Positions 24,149 to 34,512 of a stretch of DNA of 64,000 nucleotides are shown piece after piece; the first letter of the stretch is position 1, and each line of letters starts with the position of its first letter. Both the position numbers and the translations under genes were made by a program. Source of the DNA: an uncultured cyanobacterium (lineage in GTDB: Bacteria > Cyanobacteriota > Cyanobacteriia > Pseudanabaenales > Pseudanabaenaceae); NCBI GenBank assembly GCA_963703315.1, contig OY969811.1, positions 512,001-576,000 on the forward strand. Direction: 5' to 3'. The notes below the pieces were generated by a model. That model made no database searches and was not told the DNA's origin. It saw nothing but the letters and a program-made list of their open reading frames with translations.

Positions 24149-25348
24149 ATGGAACTTGCAGCATATCTATATGATGCATGGGCGTATGAACAAGCCAAGC
24201 AGGAATCTCCAGATAGTAACTTGCCGAATTCTGATCAGGTTGACATTCAGCCTTGTCATGACAAGGATTTGCGGTGGAATGCGCCTGTGATCAAGTGGCG
24301 AACTTATGTCCTGTCAGCGATCGCGGTGACTACTTTCAATGGGTTGGGGTTAAATCAGGCGATCGCCGCGAGTCAGTTGCTTGAGCCATCGGTAAATACT
24401 GCGCCTTGGTGCAACAATGTATATCTTTGCAATACCAGTTATGTCTTAGAAGTGCAAAGATTACTGGCGCAACGGGGTTTTGATGTTGGTGAAATTGACG
24501 GGGTTTATGGTCGTTATACCAAGCAAGCGGTAATAGATTTTCAGAGAACCCAAACTAATCTGGTGGTTGATGGTATTCCCGGTCAGCAAACCTTAGCTTT
24601 GCTCAGAAATTCACCACAGATATTTTTCCAAAATGGAACAAATCAGACAAATCCTCCATCTAACAGTAGCGATCGCTGGAGGCAGACAGTTACGGTGCGC
24701 CCTTCACAACCAATGAATATGCAGACTATTCAATCCGTCGATATTCAGCGCTCATTAGGAGAGGAGGTTGGTAATTTGCAAATTCTGCTCAAACAAAGAG
24801 GATTTTATGAAGGTGAAATCGATGGACAGCAAGGAAAATCGACAACTGATGCGATCCTCAAAGCCCAAAGAGCGTATGGACTGCCTCTAGATGGTTTTGC
24901 AGGCCCTGTAACAATTAGATCCTTACTAGCAGGTGGTCAGAATATGGCGTTTTCTCAATCTGCGATCGCGGCATCGCCATCATCTCAAGATGTTTGGGAT
25001 ACCCAACTATTACTCAAAGAGAGAGGCTTTTATGAAGCAGAGGTGGATGGTGTGTATAGTCTTCGCACGAGAGCGAGTATTTTAAAAGCGCAACTGGCTT
25101 ATGGACAAACATCAACAGGGGATTGGAGTCCCGAATTGATGGCTTTTCTTAAAGCCCAAACCAATCTACCAATTAATGCTCGCACTGTCCCTAATCAAAA
25201 TCAAACTAATCAAAATCTGCTTTCTAGCCCTAACTATACTCAACCCAATCGTCCAACTAATCAAGATACTGGTTTACAAGCCAATAGTAATTCTCAATCA
25301 CCCATTTCGCGCCAAAACTTACCTGCTAAAGCTTCAAATTCTTCCTAA
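24149..25348 (+). CDS. Peptidoglycan-binding domain protein (3 PG_binding_1-like repeats)
   Basis: Repeats Q-x-LL-x-x-RGF...IDG...T..A...Q....L..DG..G..T; start moved to MELAAY because the longer ORF starts in a hairpin. Confidence 0.85.
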   Translation: MELAAYLYDAWAYEQAKQESPDSNLPNSDQVDIQPCHDKDLRWNAPVIKWRTYVLSAIAVTTFNGLGLNQAIAASQLLEPSVNTAPWCNNVYLCNTSYVLEVQRLLAQRGFDVGEIDGVYGRYTKQAVIDFQRTQTNLVVDGIPGQQTLALLRNSPQIFFQNGTNQTNPPSNSSDRWRQTVTVRPSQPMNMQTIQSVDIQRSLGEEVGNLQILLKQRGFYEGEIDGQQGKSTTDAILKAQRAYGLPLDGFAGPVTIRSLLAGGQNMAFSQSAIAASPSSQDVWDTQLLLKERGFYEAEVDGVYSLRTRASILKAQLAYGQTSTGDWSPELMAFLKAQTNLPINARTVPNQNQTNQNLLSSPNYTQPNRPTNQDTGLQANSNSQSPISRQNLPAKASNSS

Positions 25349-25441
25349 CTAAACAATTATCCCTACTTACTTGATTTTCCCAATCATTGCCATTCAAAAT
25401 CTCTTTTTTCAGTCTCAATTTAACTTCAATAAGGTCTAATT

Positions 25442-27325
25442 ATGGAACTCTTAGCTTATATCCAAGAAGAATTTATCCGTGATGATCAAGCGATCGCTAC
25501 GGAAATCTCGACCAGTGATAATTCTTCGGTCAGTCTTGAATCTAGTTTCCAAGCTTGGCTCAAGAAGTTAACTACCAAATCCGCTAAACTCAGCTTAAAT
25601 GTCATCCTCGCTAGCACTACCATCCTGATTGGTTTAGGCTCCACCCTCACCGCGGTAGCCCAGTCAGCCCCATCCTCTGACATCAAGTACGTCCAATCAT
25701 TACTAGCCAAAAATGGATTTGATCCTGGGGCGATCGATGGTGTCGCGGGAGCATCGACGAAAAATGCCATTCTCCGCGCTCAAAAAGCTTTTGGAATAAC
25801 TACCGATGGTGTAGTTGGTAGCCAAACGATCGCTGCTCTCGAAAATGGTGGCATCGGCATAAACACTGAGAAAACCGCAGCAGTTGCCCTCGAAACTACG
25901 GCTCTAGATACCACGGTACAGGCTTCATCATCGGTGATGAATCTTCAGAAATTGTTAGCCGATCGCGGTTTTTACAATGGTACTGTCGATGGAATTGCAG
26001 GGGCAAAAACCCGTGAAGCGATCATTGCGGCTCAGAAAGCCTATAACTTGACCCCTGATGGCATTGCAGGTTCGCGCACTTTGGCGGCTTTAGAAGCCGA
26101 TGGTGATAAAACGACGACTCCAATTAGCTTAACTACTACCACTACGACTAAAAGTGCAGCAGTTGCCAATTTGCAAGAGTTACTGATCAAAAGAGGTTTT
26201 TATAATGGTGAAGCTGATGGTATCTTAGGTTCCCAGACTCGCACAGCGATCATTGCGGCTCAAAAGAACTATGGTTTAGCGACCGATGGCATTGCAGGCG
26301 CTCAAACCATCGCCGCTTTGGAGTCAGGAAGTAGTACTGTCAGTATTGCGGCTCAGAATCGAGATCTAGTCACGACTAATACGACTGCGGCTAGTAACAG
26401 TAGTAATCCTGATGTTTTAGCCGTACAGCAATTGCTGAGCAGACGTGGTTTTTATAATGGGGCGATCGATGGTATCAAAGGCGCAAGAACTAGTGCTGCT
26501 ATTATTGCCGCCCAAAAAGCCTACGGTTTATCTGCTGATGGAGTTGCGGGCGCTCAAACGATCGCCGCCTTGGAAAGGGATGCTCGACTACCAGCACCGA
26601 CAACAACTACCACCACGACCACCACAAGGACAACTACTACTGCGCCCACTGCCAGTTCAACGACCAAAGCTCCTGCCGTCAGTGATAGTAATGTTGCTAA
26701 TTTACAGAATCTATTGACCGATCGCGGCTTCTATAATGGTCCAATCACAGGCGTTATCGGCTCACGCACTAGAGAGGCGATCGTTGCGGCTCAAAAAGCT
26801 TATGGTTTAACTGCCGATGGCATTGCTGGCTCTCGGACTATTGCTGCCCTAGAATCAGGCGCACCCACGCCTATCCGTCAGCCGATCGCTACCACAAATC
26901 CCACTCCTACCGTAACTCCAAGTACTCCAACTATTCGAGTAGAAACAAAGCCACAGGTAACTCCTACGCCAACTGTTGCCGCCACAGTGCAGCCTACCCC
27001 AGCCGCCACTGTTAAACCCACGCCAACTGTTGCTGCCACAGTACAGCCCACGACTGCCCCTACTGTTAAACCTACGCCAACTGTCGCCGCCACAGTACAG
27101 CCTAACCCAGCCGCTAGTGCAAATTCTCAAGTTGTAGAGTTGCAGCGCTTGTTGATTCAAAGGGGCTTTTACAACGGTAAGGCTGATGGAGTCCTAAATG
27201 CAGAAACCCGTAATGCGATCGTCAGAGCGCAAAACTTCTATACGATTACCCCTGCTGACGGTTCTCCAAGTACTAAACTGATTGATAGTCTAAGCAAAGA
27301 TACATTTATTTCCGAAGGCAATTAA
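25442..27325 (+). CDS. Peptidoglycan-binding domain protein (6 repeats, Thr/Pro-rich linkers)
   Basis: Six LQxLLxxRGFYNGxxDGxxGxxTxxAIxxAQ-type repeats; MELLAY N-terminus with a hydrophobic segment. Confidence 0.9.
   Translation: MELLAYIQEEFIRDDQAIATEISTSDNSSVSLESSFQAWLKKLTTKSAKLSLNVILASTTILIGLGSTLTAVAQSAPSSDIKYVQSLLAKNGFDPGAIDGVAGASTKNAILRAQKAFGITTDGVVGSQTIAALENGGIGINTEKTAAVALETTALDTTVQASSSVMNLQKLLADRGFYNGTVDGIAGAKTREAIIAAQKAYNLTPDGIAGSRTLAALEADGDKTTTPISLTTTTTTKSAAVANLQELLIKRGFYNGEADGILGSQTRTAIIAAQKNYGLATDGIAGAQTIAALESGSSTVSIAAQNRDLVTTNTTAASNSSNPDVLAVQQLLSRRGFYNGAIDGIKGARTSAAIIAAQKAYGLSADGVAGAQTIAALERDARLPAPTTTTTTTTTRTTTTAPTASSTTKAPAVSDSNVANLQNLLTDRGFYNGPITGVIGSRTREAIVAAQKAYGLTADGIAGSRTIAALESGAPTPIRQPIATTNPTPTVTPSTPTIRVETKPQVTPTPTVAATVQPTPAATVKPTPTVAATVQPTTAPTVKPTPTVAATVQPNPAASANSQVVELQRLLIQRGFYNGKADGVLNAETRNAIVRAQNFYTITPADGSPSTKLIDSLSKDTFISEGN
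26963..27115 (+). repeat. In-frame 54-bp tandem repeat (PTPTVAATVQPTxAxTVK, about 2.8 copies)
   Basis: Visible in both DNA and protein. Confidence 0.8.
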
Positions 27326-27330
27326 GTCAG

Positions 27331-28122
27331 ATGCGGTTCCGTAACCTTGTGATTAATTTAGCGGCGATCGCTACTTTTGCAGCGATCGCCCTCAGTTTAC
27401 AGTTTCCCAAACTCAATCAAAGATTAAGTGGACAAACCCTAGAAGATACTCGTAAAGCAGTTAGGGACGAGGAAGCGCGACTGAAACTAATCAAACAATT
27501 GCCGCCGAGGGGATTGGGTTTTAATAACATGATCGCCAATTTTACGTTTTTGCAATTTTTGCAATACTTTGGCGATGATATTTCTAGAAATAATTTTCAA
27601 ACGGGATATAGCCTCAGTCCGATGTACTTTGAAAATATTGTGGCGCGTGATCCTAGATTTATCAGCAGCTACATATATATGTCATCGAGTGTGTCGATGT
27701 TTGCGGGACTTCCTACGGAGACGATCGCTATTTATGACACAGGGCTGCGATCGCTCGATCCCACTGTTCAACCCCATGCCTTCTCGATTTGGCGCTACAA
27801 AGCCACTGACCAATTGCTATTTTTAGGTGACTCTAAAGGAGCGAGACAGTCTTATCTCAAAGCCGCAGAATGGGCAGATATAGCTAGTTTGTCAGGTAAA
27901 GAATTAATTGATGATCCTAAGATGGTTGCAGATGTATCCCGTCAATCTGCAAAATGGCTAGAAGAAGATCGCGATCTGAGCAAGGCTCAAATTGGTGCAT
28001 GGTCAATGGTTCTGCAAAATGCTGTCGATAAAAAAACGGTACAAATTATTGCTAAGGAGTTAGATAAATTAGGCATGAAAATTGAAGTCCGCAATGATGC
28101 CTTAATTGCTGTACCCAAATAA
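27331..28122 (+). CDS. Membrane-anchored hypothetical protein (helical/TPR-like)
   Basis: N-terminal TM; FLQFLQYFGD, DPRF motifs; 5 nt downstream of the previous gene. Confidence 0.7.
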   Translation: MRFRNLVINLAAIATFAAIALSLQFPKLNQRLSGQTLEDTRKAVRDEEARLKLIKQLPPRGLGFNNMIANFTFLQFLQYFGDDISRNNFQTGYSLSPMYFENIVARDPRFISSYIYMSSSVSMFAGLPTETIAIYDTGLRSLDPTVQPHAFSIWRYKATDQLLFLGDSKGARQSYLKAAEWADIASLSGKELIDDPKMVADVSRQSAKWLEEDRDLSKAQIGAWSMVLQNAVDKKTVQIIAKELDKLGMKIEVRNDALIAVPK

Positions 28123-28128
28123 TTAATA

Positions 28129-28204
28129 TAAGTAGCTGGGCGCAATTAAACCCAAAACCAAAACCTGTGGCGCACGCGCAGCGTGCGCCACAGGTTTTGG
28201 TTTT
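28129..28204. repeat. Family D hairpin element
   Basis: taagtagctgggcgcaattaaa...aaaacctgtggcgcacgc-gca-gcgtgcgccacaggtttt; copies at 29246 (reverse), 55884 and 61275. Confidence 0.75.
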
Positions 28205-28234
28205 AATCAAAGGGGCGCATCGCGCCCCTTTTGA

Positions 28235-28642
28235 TTAGTTAGCTGTCAGCCATTTTTGGGCATTTAAGCGTTGAACTACGCCAAATACGAGCAGATCTAG
28301 TGGTGCTTTACGCTCATCAATCAAAAATGGTTCAAAAGTACTAGGCGATCGCCCCGCATCAGCACAGGAAAAAGCCTTCTGAGCATTGAGATCGGACTTA
28401 GAAAAATAAACCGTAAATTGACGTAAACCTTGCGCCCACAGACCTCGTACTTGAGAATTAGCAAACTCCAATTGCAGATCATCCACACCATTCTTACTAA
28501 AGGCTTTGGTTAAAGCTGGTAGATAGTGAGTAGTAATGAATTCTTCAAAGGGCAATTCTTCGATCGCAGGAGGCTTTTCGACTTTAGGCTTAGCGGCAGG
28601 TTTAGCCTTTTGTTCTTCAGACTGTGATGCAGTTTCAGACAT
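28235..28642 (-). CDS. ndhV: DUF2996 family protein (NdhV-like NDH-1 subunit)
   Basis: KPPAIEELPFEEFI..., EPFLIDERK...LLVFGVVQRLNAQKWL; adjacent to ndhM. Confidence 0.75.
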   Translation of the reverse strand: MSETASQSEEQKAKPAAKPKVEKPPAIEELPFEEFITTHYLPALTKAFSKNGVDDLQLEFANSQVRGLWAQGLRQFTVYFSKSDLNAQKAFSCADAGRSPSTFEPFLIDERKAPLDLLVFGVVQRLNAQKWLTAN

Positions 28643-28703
28643 AATTTTGAAAATATTGCTAGATTTTGTAATCAGAATAGAGTCTCTTGGCGGCGCTTAT
28701 GCT

Positions 28704-29054
28704 CTACTGAGCTTCAGTATTCACAATCTGAGGTAAGCCCATACTGTAGTTAAGCGATCGATGATTGAGGTTATAGGTGACTTCGCCCTGTTGTAGTAGC
28801 GATCGCACAAAATGCTCTAAATCCGAACCAATCCGACGCAAGTTATAATCCGTCAGATCTGCACCTTTATAGTCGGCTACAAGCTGATCAAACTTGCGAT
28901 ATACCTTTTGCAGAGCGCCATCTGTCCAATTCAGTTCATTGTCAGGATCGACATCTAAAGTGAGAGTATTTTCGCTATCGATGAGTTCATCATTTTCCTC
29001 TTCGATAACAGCAGCATAAATCTGGATGTGACGAGTTGTAGATTTGAGCGGCAT
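28704..29054 (-). CDS. ndhM: NAD(P)H-quinone oxidoreductase subunit M
   Basis: LKSTTRHI, LDVDPDNE, YNLRRIGSDLEHF, NYSMGLP; start moved to MPLKSTTRH. Confidence 0.93.
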   Translation of the reverse strand: MPLKSTTRHIQIYAAVIEEENDELIDSENTLTLDVDPDNELNWTDGALQKVYRKFDQLVADYKGADLTDYNLRRIGSDLEHFVRSLLQQGEVTYNLNHRSLNYSMGLPQIVNTEAQ

Positions 29055-29140
29055 AGAGGTTTGTAACTTAAGTAAGTATTTAGGAACTAACTTTAGATTA
29101 TTGCAAAATGCGATCGCAACTGATCGATACAAGTTTTTTT

Positions 29141-29316
29141 ACCTAGAAGAGATGTGCGGCGCTTCGCGCCGCACATCTCTTCTAGGTTTGGCGATCGCTA
29201 TGTATAGGATCATCAGCACAAAGTGTCAATTATCCTATACATAGCTAAAACCTGTGGCGCACGCACAGCGTGCGTCATCGGTTTTTGGGTTTTATATTTT
29301 TAATTGCGCCCAGCTA
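29141..29316. repeat. Cluster of three hairpins (family A core, a unique hairpin, family D reverse)
   Basis: acctagaagagatgtgcggcgc-ttc-gcgccgcacatctcttctaggt; gctatgtataggat...atcctatacatagc; aaaacctgtggcgcacgc-aca-gcgtgcg...aattgcgcccagcta. Confidence 0.7.
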
Positions 29317-29336
29317 TGTAAATAGCTCACATAACC

Positions 29337-29651
29337 ATGAAGTATTTTTTTCTGTCTCAAGGTTGGCGAGTGAGGAGAGTATGGGAGGTTTCAGGACTAT
29401 GGAATGAAATGGCATGGCGACGTAGACCGATCATCATTCTTATAGGTGTTTACCTTGTGGATGGTAAAGAGGAGATGGTTCTCTATAAAGTTGAAGAGGC
29501 AATTCAAGCTGTAGAGGCGATTCCAGAGGATTTATCTAATAGCCGCGATCGCATTGTAAGTAATGACGGTAAGGTGGCGATCGCTCAGGTACGCATTACG
29601 AGGCTATTATCTGCGGAGCAAGTTTTAGAAAGGATGACACCCCTACGTTAG
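29337..29651 (+). CDS. Conserved cyanobacterial hypothetical protein
   Basis: MKYFFLSQGW..RVW...GLWN..AWRRRP. Confidence 0.7.
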   Translation: MKYFFLSQGWRVRRVWEVSGLWNEMAWRRRPIIILIGVYLVDGKEEMVLYKVEEAIQAVEAIPEDLSNSRDRIVSNDGKVAIAQVRITRLLSAEQVLERMTPLR

Positions 29652-29727
29652 AGGACACAAAATCAGGAAACGAGTTGCGGCGCTTCGCGCCGCAACTCGT
29701 TTCTTGGGAGCGACACTTGATGTTTTG

Positions 29728-30186
29728 TTAGAACGGAATATCGTCATAGTCAGGGGCATCAGATGTAGGAGATGCTACAGGCACATAGGTTGATGTGGGT
29801 ACAGCAGCGCTAGGTACAGATGGAGTAGTGGCTCTGGGACTACGTGCAGGTGCAGCAGCAGTATCTGAAGTACTTGCGGTACTACCAGCCCCAAAACTAT
29901 AAACTCGCTGAGCAACTAGTTCAGTACGTTTTTCTTTGTAAGTACCGCGATCAACGGTATCTAGACGCAAGCGACCTTCCACCACCACTTGATCACCCTT
30001 ATGATATTTCTCAACCATCTCATCAGCCAAGTTATTCCAGCCTACGACCTTGATCCGATAAGGTGCATCTTCAGCCCGTCCACCTGCAAACTGTACTAAA
30101 AATGAAGCGATCGAGTTTTGATTGTCAGGCGTACGACGTAACTCTGGATCGGTTAGCACTTCAGCCATCAGGATAATAGAGTTCAT
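29728..30186 (-). CDS. ssb: Single-stranded DNA-binding protein (cyanobacterial paralog type)
   Basis: OB-fold DPELRRT, KGDQVVVEGRL; acidic C-terminal DDIPF. Confidence 0.88.
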   Translation of the reverse strand: MNSIILMAEVLTDPELRRTPDNQNSIASFLVQFAGGRAEDAPYRIKVVGWNNLADEMVEKYHKGDQVVVEGRLRLDTVDRGTYKEKRTELVAQRVYSFGAGSTASTSDTAAAPARSPRATTPSVPSAAVPTSTYVPVASPTSDAPDYDDIPF

Positions 30187-30371
30187 AGTTAATTTATCAA
30201 AAGCTCAAAGACTTTACTGGGATGAGCTTTCATTTTCTTAGATAAACTTAAGCTTATCTAAGAAAATGAAAAATCTGCATTTTGTATCATATCGCGATCG
30301 CCCAGCAGTTACCCAAAAGCTCAAGAAAGAATGGCATCCTTTTATAATTCTTAAGGCGATCTCGCCAACAT

Positions 30372-30477
30372 TACAGCGCTTTGTGCTGACTTAAAACCCA
30401 GAGAAATTTTTGAAAGCGCGGCGAAGCCGCGCTTTCAAAAATTTCTCTGTACTACTTTAAGCCCCAACAGGGTGTAT
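30372..30477. repeat. Hairpin element with a 24-bp perfect stem
   Basis: cagagaaatttttgaaagcgcggc-gaa-gccgcgctttcaaaaatttctctg. Confidence 0.7.
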
Positions 30478-30798
30478 CTTGAGTGCAATAGTTGGGAGAT
30501 CAGACTGTATACTTTGCAGAATAGTTTGCAGAGGAGAAAAAATTAACCATGCTGCAATTATTATTGTTCAATTTGTAGCGCTTCATGCCTAGACTAAAGC
30601 ATGAATATTTTAATTAGAATTTAGGATAGGAAGTACTTGATAGTGCTTTTCAAGCAAGCGAGTTAAAAAGGATTGATTTCCCAGCTTCACGGCGGAGAAA
30701 CAATTCTGTACTTCACTAGAATGTGAAACACTATAGGCGCTTTATCCTAAATATCTGACTAGATATGCTAGATCCTAAAGAGTATCCGTCACGCAAAT

Positions 30799-31389
30799 AT
30801 GCTGACAGTTAATGCAATTATCATCAGTACTATAATTCTCGATGTTGGGATTCAGTCCGTGATTATCGACAGAATATTTAAAGCAAAACAAGGTAATAAG
30901 CGGCGCGAAGAAGTGGAAGAAGAAAACCTCACTCGCTATGAGTCCAACACATCTAATGATCAACCCAAGGGCTGGGAATTTAAAATTTTGCGTACTGGTA
31001 GCGGTGGTTTTCGCAGTCGCAAGGTTTTGAATAGGGTCTGTGCTGAGGAAGCTCAAGCAGGTTGGATTTTATTAGAAAAGCTAGACGATCATCGGTTACG
31101 GTTTCGTCGTCCTGTCACTGCCCGCGATCGCGATAACCAATGCAAAATTGATCCCTATCGCACCCGTTACGGCATTTCCGAGACAGTTGAAACTTGGACA
31201 ACCATCATTGTGTTATTGGCAATTATGAGTGGGGCAGCAGTTTTAGGATTTACGGCAATGAATCGATTTTTTGGTGATTGGCAAACCAAGTCTGTGCAAA
31301 ATGCGCCCCGATCTGGCAATACCGAAATTCGCCAACCACCCACTCCAACTACTAAATCTACCAATCCATCATCACCATCTCCACAATAA
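30799..31389 (+). CDS. Hypothetical membrane protein
   Basis: WEFKILRT...EEAQAGWILLEKLDD.RLRFRRP; C-terminal TM; overlaps the next start. Confidence 0.7.
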   Translation: MLTVNAIIISTIILDVGIQSVIIDRIFKAKQGNKRREEVEEENLTRYESNTSNDQPKGWEFKILRTGSGGFRSRKVLNRVCAEEAQAGWILLEKLDDHRLRFRRPVTARDRDNQCKIDPYRTRYGISETVETWTTIIVLLAIMSGAAVLGFTAMNRFFGDWQTKSVQNAPRSGNTEIRQPPTPTTKSTNPSSPSPQ

Positions 31390-32390
31390 TGAAAGCAATT
31401 TTGATGACCGCAGCAGGTGATCCCCATGTATTGCAGCTTGCGGATATTCCTGAACCCATAATTCAATCCCCAACGGAAATTTTGGTACGACTGAAAGCCG
31501 CAGGCATTAATCCTATTGACACCAAATTACGCAGTCGCGGTACATTTCAACCCGATCGCCTGCCGTCAATTCTTGGCTGTGATGGTGCAGGAATTGTCGA
31601 AGCGATCGGTACAGATGTCACCAAATTTAAGGTTGGCGATGAGGTGTACTTTTGCAATGGTGGCTTAGGAGCGCATCAAGGTAACTATGCCGAACTAACC
31701 ACCATTGACGAAAAATTTGCTGCCCATAAACCTCAATCCCTAAGTTTTGAGCAAGCTGCTGCTGCCCCATTAGTAATCCTCACCGCATGGGAAGCACTAT
31801 ACGATCGCGGCAGTCTCGGATCATCAGCTAATAGCCATGTCCTGATTCACGCAGGTGCGGGTGGTGTCGGTCATGTAGCGATTCAGTTAGCTAAACTGAG
31901 AGGCGCAAATGTCAGTACAACTGTTGGCTCTGAAGCTAAGGCAAGATTTGCAAGGGATTTGGGGGCAGATTTACCAATTCTCTATAAACAAACTGATTTT
32001 GTTGAAGCAGCGATCGCTTGGACAAGTAGTAAAGGTGTAGATCTTGCCTTTGATACTGTTGGCGGCAAGCTGATCGAACAAACCTTTCCCGCCGTCAAAA
32101 TCTATGGTGATCTGGTTACGATTCTCGAACCACCTGCCGATATAAGCTGGAAAGTGGCGCGGACTCGCAATCTGAGGTTTAGCTTTGAATTAATGCTGAC
32201 ACCGATGTTGCTCGGACAAACTGATCTCCAAATCCAACAAGCGCACATTCTCACTGAAAGCGCTAAGTTATTTGACTCAGGCAAGCTTAAAATCCATGTG
32301 AGCGAAGTCTTTCCACTTGCCGATGCTGCAAAAGCACATCAATTACTAGAAACAGGCTCTATGACAGGAAAGTTGGTGCTAAGCATCTGA
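31389..32390 (+). CDS. MDR-family (quinone oxidoreductase / Zn-ADH-like) oxidoreductase
   Basis: AAGINPID, ILGCDGAG, LIHAGAGGVGHVAIQLAK, GKLVL. Confidence 0.9.
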   Translation: MKAILMTAAGDPHVLQLADIPEPIIQSPTEILVRLKAAGINPIDTKLRSRGTFQPDRLPSILGCDGAGIVEAIGTDVTKFKVGDEVYFCNGGLGAHQGNYAELTTIDEKFAAHKPQSLSFEQAAAAPLVILTAWEALYDRGSLGSSANSHVLIHAGAGGVGHVAIQLAKLRGANVSTTVGSEAKARFARDLGADLPILYKQTDFVEAAIAWTSSKGVDLAFDTVGGKLIEQTFPAVKIYGDLVTILEPPADISWKVARTRNLRFSFELMLTPMLLGQTDLQIQQAHILTESAKLFDSGKLKIHVSEVFPLADAAKAHQLLETGSMTGKLVLSI

Positions 32391-32427
32391 TATAGCTGTC
32401 CCAGAACGAATAGCGTTGCTATGCGTT

Positions 32428-32471
32428 AAAGCAATAAAAAAGCTCCCACAAGGGAGCTTTTTTATTGCTTT
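32428..32471. terminator. Bidirectional terminator-like hairpin
   Basis: aaagcaataaaaaagctccc-acaa-gggagcttttttattgcttt. Confidence 0.7.
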
Positions 32472-33153
32472 AGCGAAATGTTGCTAGTTGCAACATTTGC
32501 TTTTCGTTAGCAATACTCATGACTTGTCGCTTAGGATCAACCACAAGCCAACCTTTTTCTTTTAGTTTATCCAGTACCTTCGTAGCATCTTCAGGACTGA
32601 CTTCTGAGAGATCGGCAATATCTTGAACAGGCAAATTGAAAATATCAATACCTCCATCATGCTTATTGCCATAGGTCTCTGCCAAACCAGTCAAAATCGT
32701 AGCAATTCGCACCGCAGGTACTTGTTGGCGTAACTGAGTACGCTGATTAGTTTTGCGTAAGCGGCGTACCATTAGCTGCAACATACGGTGATGCAACTGC
32801 GGATCTTTAAATAAAAATTGAATAAACTTTTGGGCAGGAATGCTCAGGACACGTACTGGGGTGAAAGCAACTACATCCGTAGAGCGAGGCGATTCGTCAA
32901 GAATCGCCATTTCTCCAAAAAAGTCACCATTACCCAGTACGGCAAGCGTCGTCGCATCTTGACTTCGCAAAAACCTAACTTTGAGCCAGCCAGAGAGAAT
33001 GAAATATACAGCATTGCCCCAAGCATCTTCCATAAGCACTGCCCGCCCCGCAGGATATTCACGCTCTACTGCTTCAGAGAGGAGCCACTCCAAAGTTTCG
33101 ACGCTAGCAGCATCAAATAGTGGAAATAGCTCTTTGAAGATATCCGTTTGCAT
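32470..33153 (-). CDS. Crp/Fnr family transcriptional regulator
   Basis: cNMP domain GDFFGEMAILDESPRSTDV plus a C-terminal HTH-like region. Confidence 0.9.
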   Translation of the reverse strand: MQTDIFKELFPLFDAASVETLEWLLSEAVEREYPAGRAVLMEDAWGNAVYFILSGWLKVRFLRSQDATTLAVLGNGDFFGEMAILDESPRSTDVVAFTPVRVLSIPAQKFIQFLFKDPQLHHRMLQLMVRRLRKTNQRTQLRQQVPAVRIATILTGLAETYGNKHDGGIDIFNLPVQDIADLSEVSPEDATKVLDKLKEKGWLVVDPKRQVMSIANEKQMLQLATFR

Positions 33154-33227
33154 GGGGATTTTTTTAAAGACTGAATCTGATGGAAATTAGGCAGAATATT
33201 TAAGAAAATTGGCACTAGTCAAACAGA

Positions 33228-34013
33228 CTAAGCACCCATGACTTCGTAGCCAGCATCTACATAAATAATTTGCCCAGTTATCGCACTAGACAAATCACTA
33301 CCTAAGAAAGTTGCCACATTACCAACATCATCGGGAGTGACTAGACGACGTAAAGGCGCAGTTTCTTCATAGTGGTGCAGCATTTTGTGGAAGTCCCCGA
33401 TCGCTGCCGATGCAAGAGTACGGATGGGACCTGCGGAAATGGCATTAACTCGAATATTATCGGGACCTAAGTCGGAAGCGAGATAGCGTACATTCATCTC
33501 TAGGGCAGCCTTAGCCGTACCCATCACGTTGTAATTTGGTACAACTTTTGCCCCACCAATATAAGTAAGGGTAATCACGCTACCACCATCTTTTAGTAAA
33601 GGCTTGGCAGCACGGCAAAGATGAATTAATGAATAAGCACTCACATCGAGGGCTAGTTGAAAACCTGCACGGGAAATATCGGTAAAATTGCCAGATAAGT
33701 CTTCTTTATTGGCAAATGCTAGACAATGTACCAAAATATCGATCTTTTCCCACTGCTCCGCCACTGATGCAAACAGTGCATCCACTTGAGCATCATCTTG
33801 AACATTGCAAGGCAACAAAAAGCTTGGTGTCAAGGGATCGGTCAACTCAGCAACCTTACCTTTGTTACGATCGCGATCATCGGGCAAATAGGTGATCCCT
33901 AGCTTTGCACCAGCTTGATGTAACTTTTGGGCAATGCCCCAAGCGATCGAGCGATTGTTGGCGATCCCAGTCACAAGAGCAGTTTTCCCGCTCAAATCTA
34001 ACAAACCCGTCAT
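33228..34013 (-). CDS. fabI: Enoyl-[ACP] reductase
   Basis: GIANNRSIAWGIA, YNVMGTAKAALE, RVNAISAGPIRTLAS. Confidence 0.96.
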   Translation of the reverse strand: MTGLLDLSGKTALVTGIANNRSIAWGIAQKLHQAGAKLGITYLPDDRDRNKGKVAELTDPLTPSFLLPCNVQDDAQVDALFASVAEQWEKIDILVHCLAFANKEDLSGNFTDISRAGFQLALDVSAYSLIHLCRAAKPLLKDGGSVITLTYIGGAKVVPNYNVMGTAKAALEMNVRYLASDLGPDNIRVNAISAGPIRTLASAAIGDFHKMLHHYEETAPLRRLVTPDDVGNVATFLGSDLSSAITGQIIYVDAGYEVMGA

Positions 34014-34059
34014 GTATATTTCCTAACGTGAACCCAGCGTAATTAGAAATAAGCTTACA

Positions 34060-34335
34060 TTAAAAGCCCATACTCATGCTTGCTGCCAATGGCGCAAGGG
34101 CGCGTTGCAAAAAGCTCAGTGCTAGAAAGGCAAGCATTGGTGAAAAATCCATGCCACCTAGAGGGGGAATAATTGAGCGAAATAAATTGAGATAAGGATC
34201 AGTAATTTGACTCAGTGCAGCAAAGGGCTGGTTGTACCAATCAATATTTGGGAACCAAGTTAATAACACACGAATAAATAGTAAGCCCAAATAAATTGAG
34301 ATAAAGGAGCTAACTGTACCAAGAATAACTGCCAT
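34060..34335 (-). CDS. YggT/YlmG family membrane protein
   Basis: RVLLTWFP, ITDPYLNLFR..IPPLGG.DFSP. Confidence 0.92.
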   Translation of the reverse strand: MAVILGTVSSFISIYLGLLFIRVLLTWFPNIDWYNQPFAALSQITDPYLNLFRSIIPPLGGMDFSPMLAFLALSFLQRALAPLAASMSMGF

Positions 34336-34512
34336 AATTTAATTTGTGGGGTTGTAGAACAATTAGAGAAAATATCTACCATCATTCTACTGAATCTAGT
34401 AAAAATCAGGATTTTTTGTAATTACTTGTACTATATAGCGCTTTTCCTGCCTGTGAGGTACAAGGTGGAGACACAAACCCGTACTTCAATAAGCTGGAAA
34501 ACCGTAAAGCTC

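Noticed and set aside
34418..34431. GTA-N8-TAC as an NtcA-activated promoter
   Set aside because: I found no -10 box at the canonical spacing of about 22 nt, and a 6-bp match is expected by chance.
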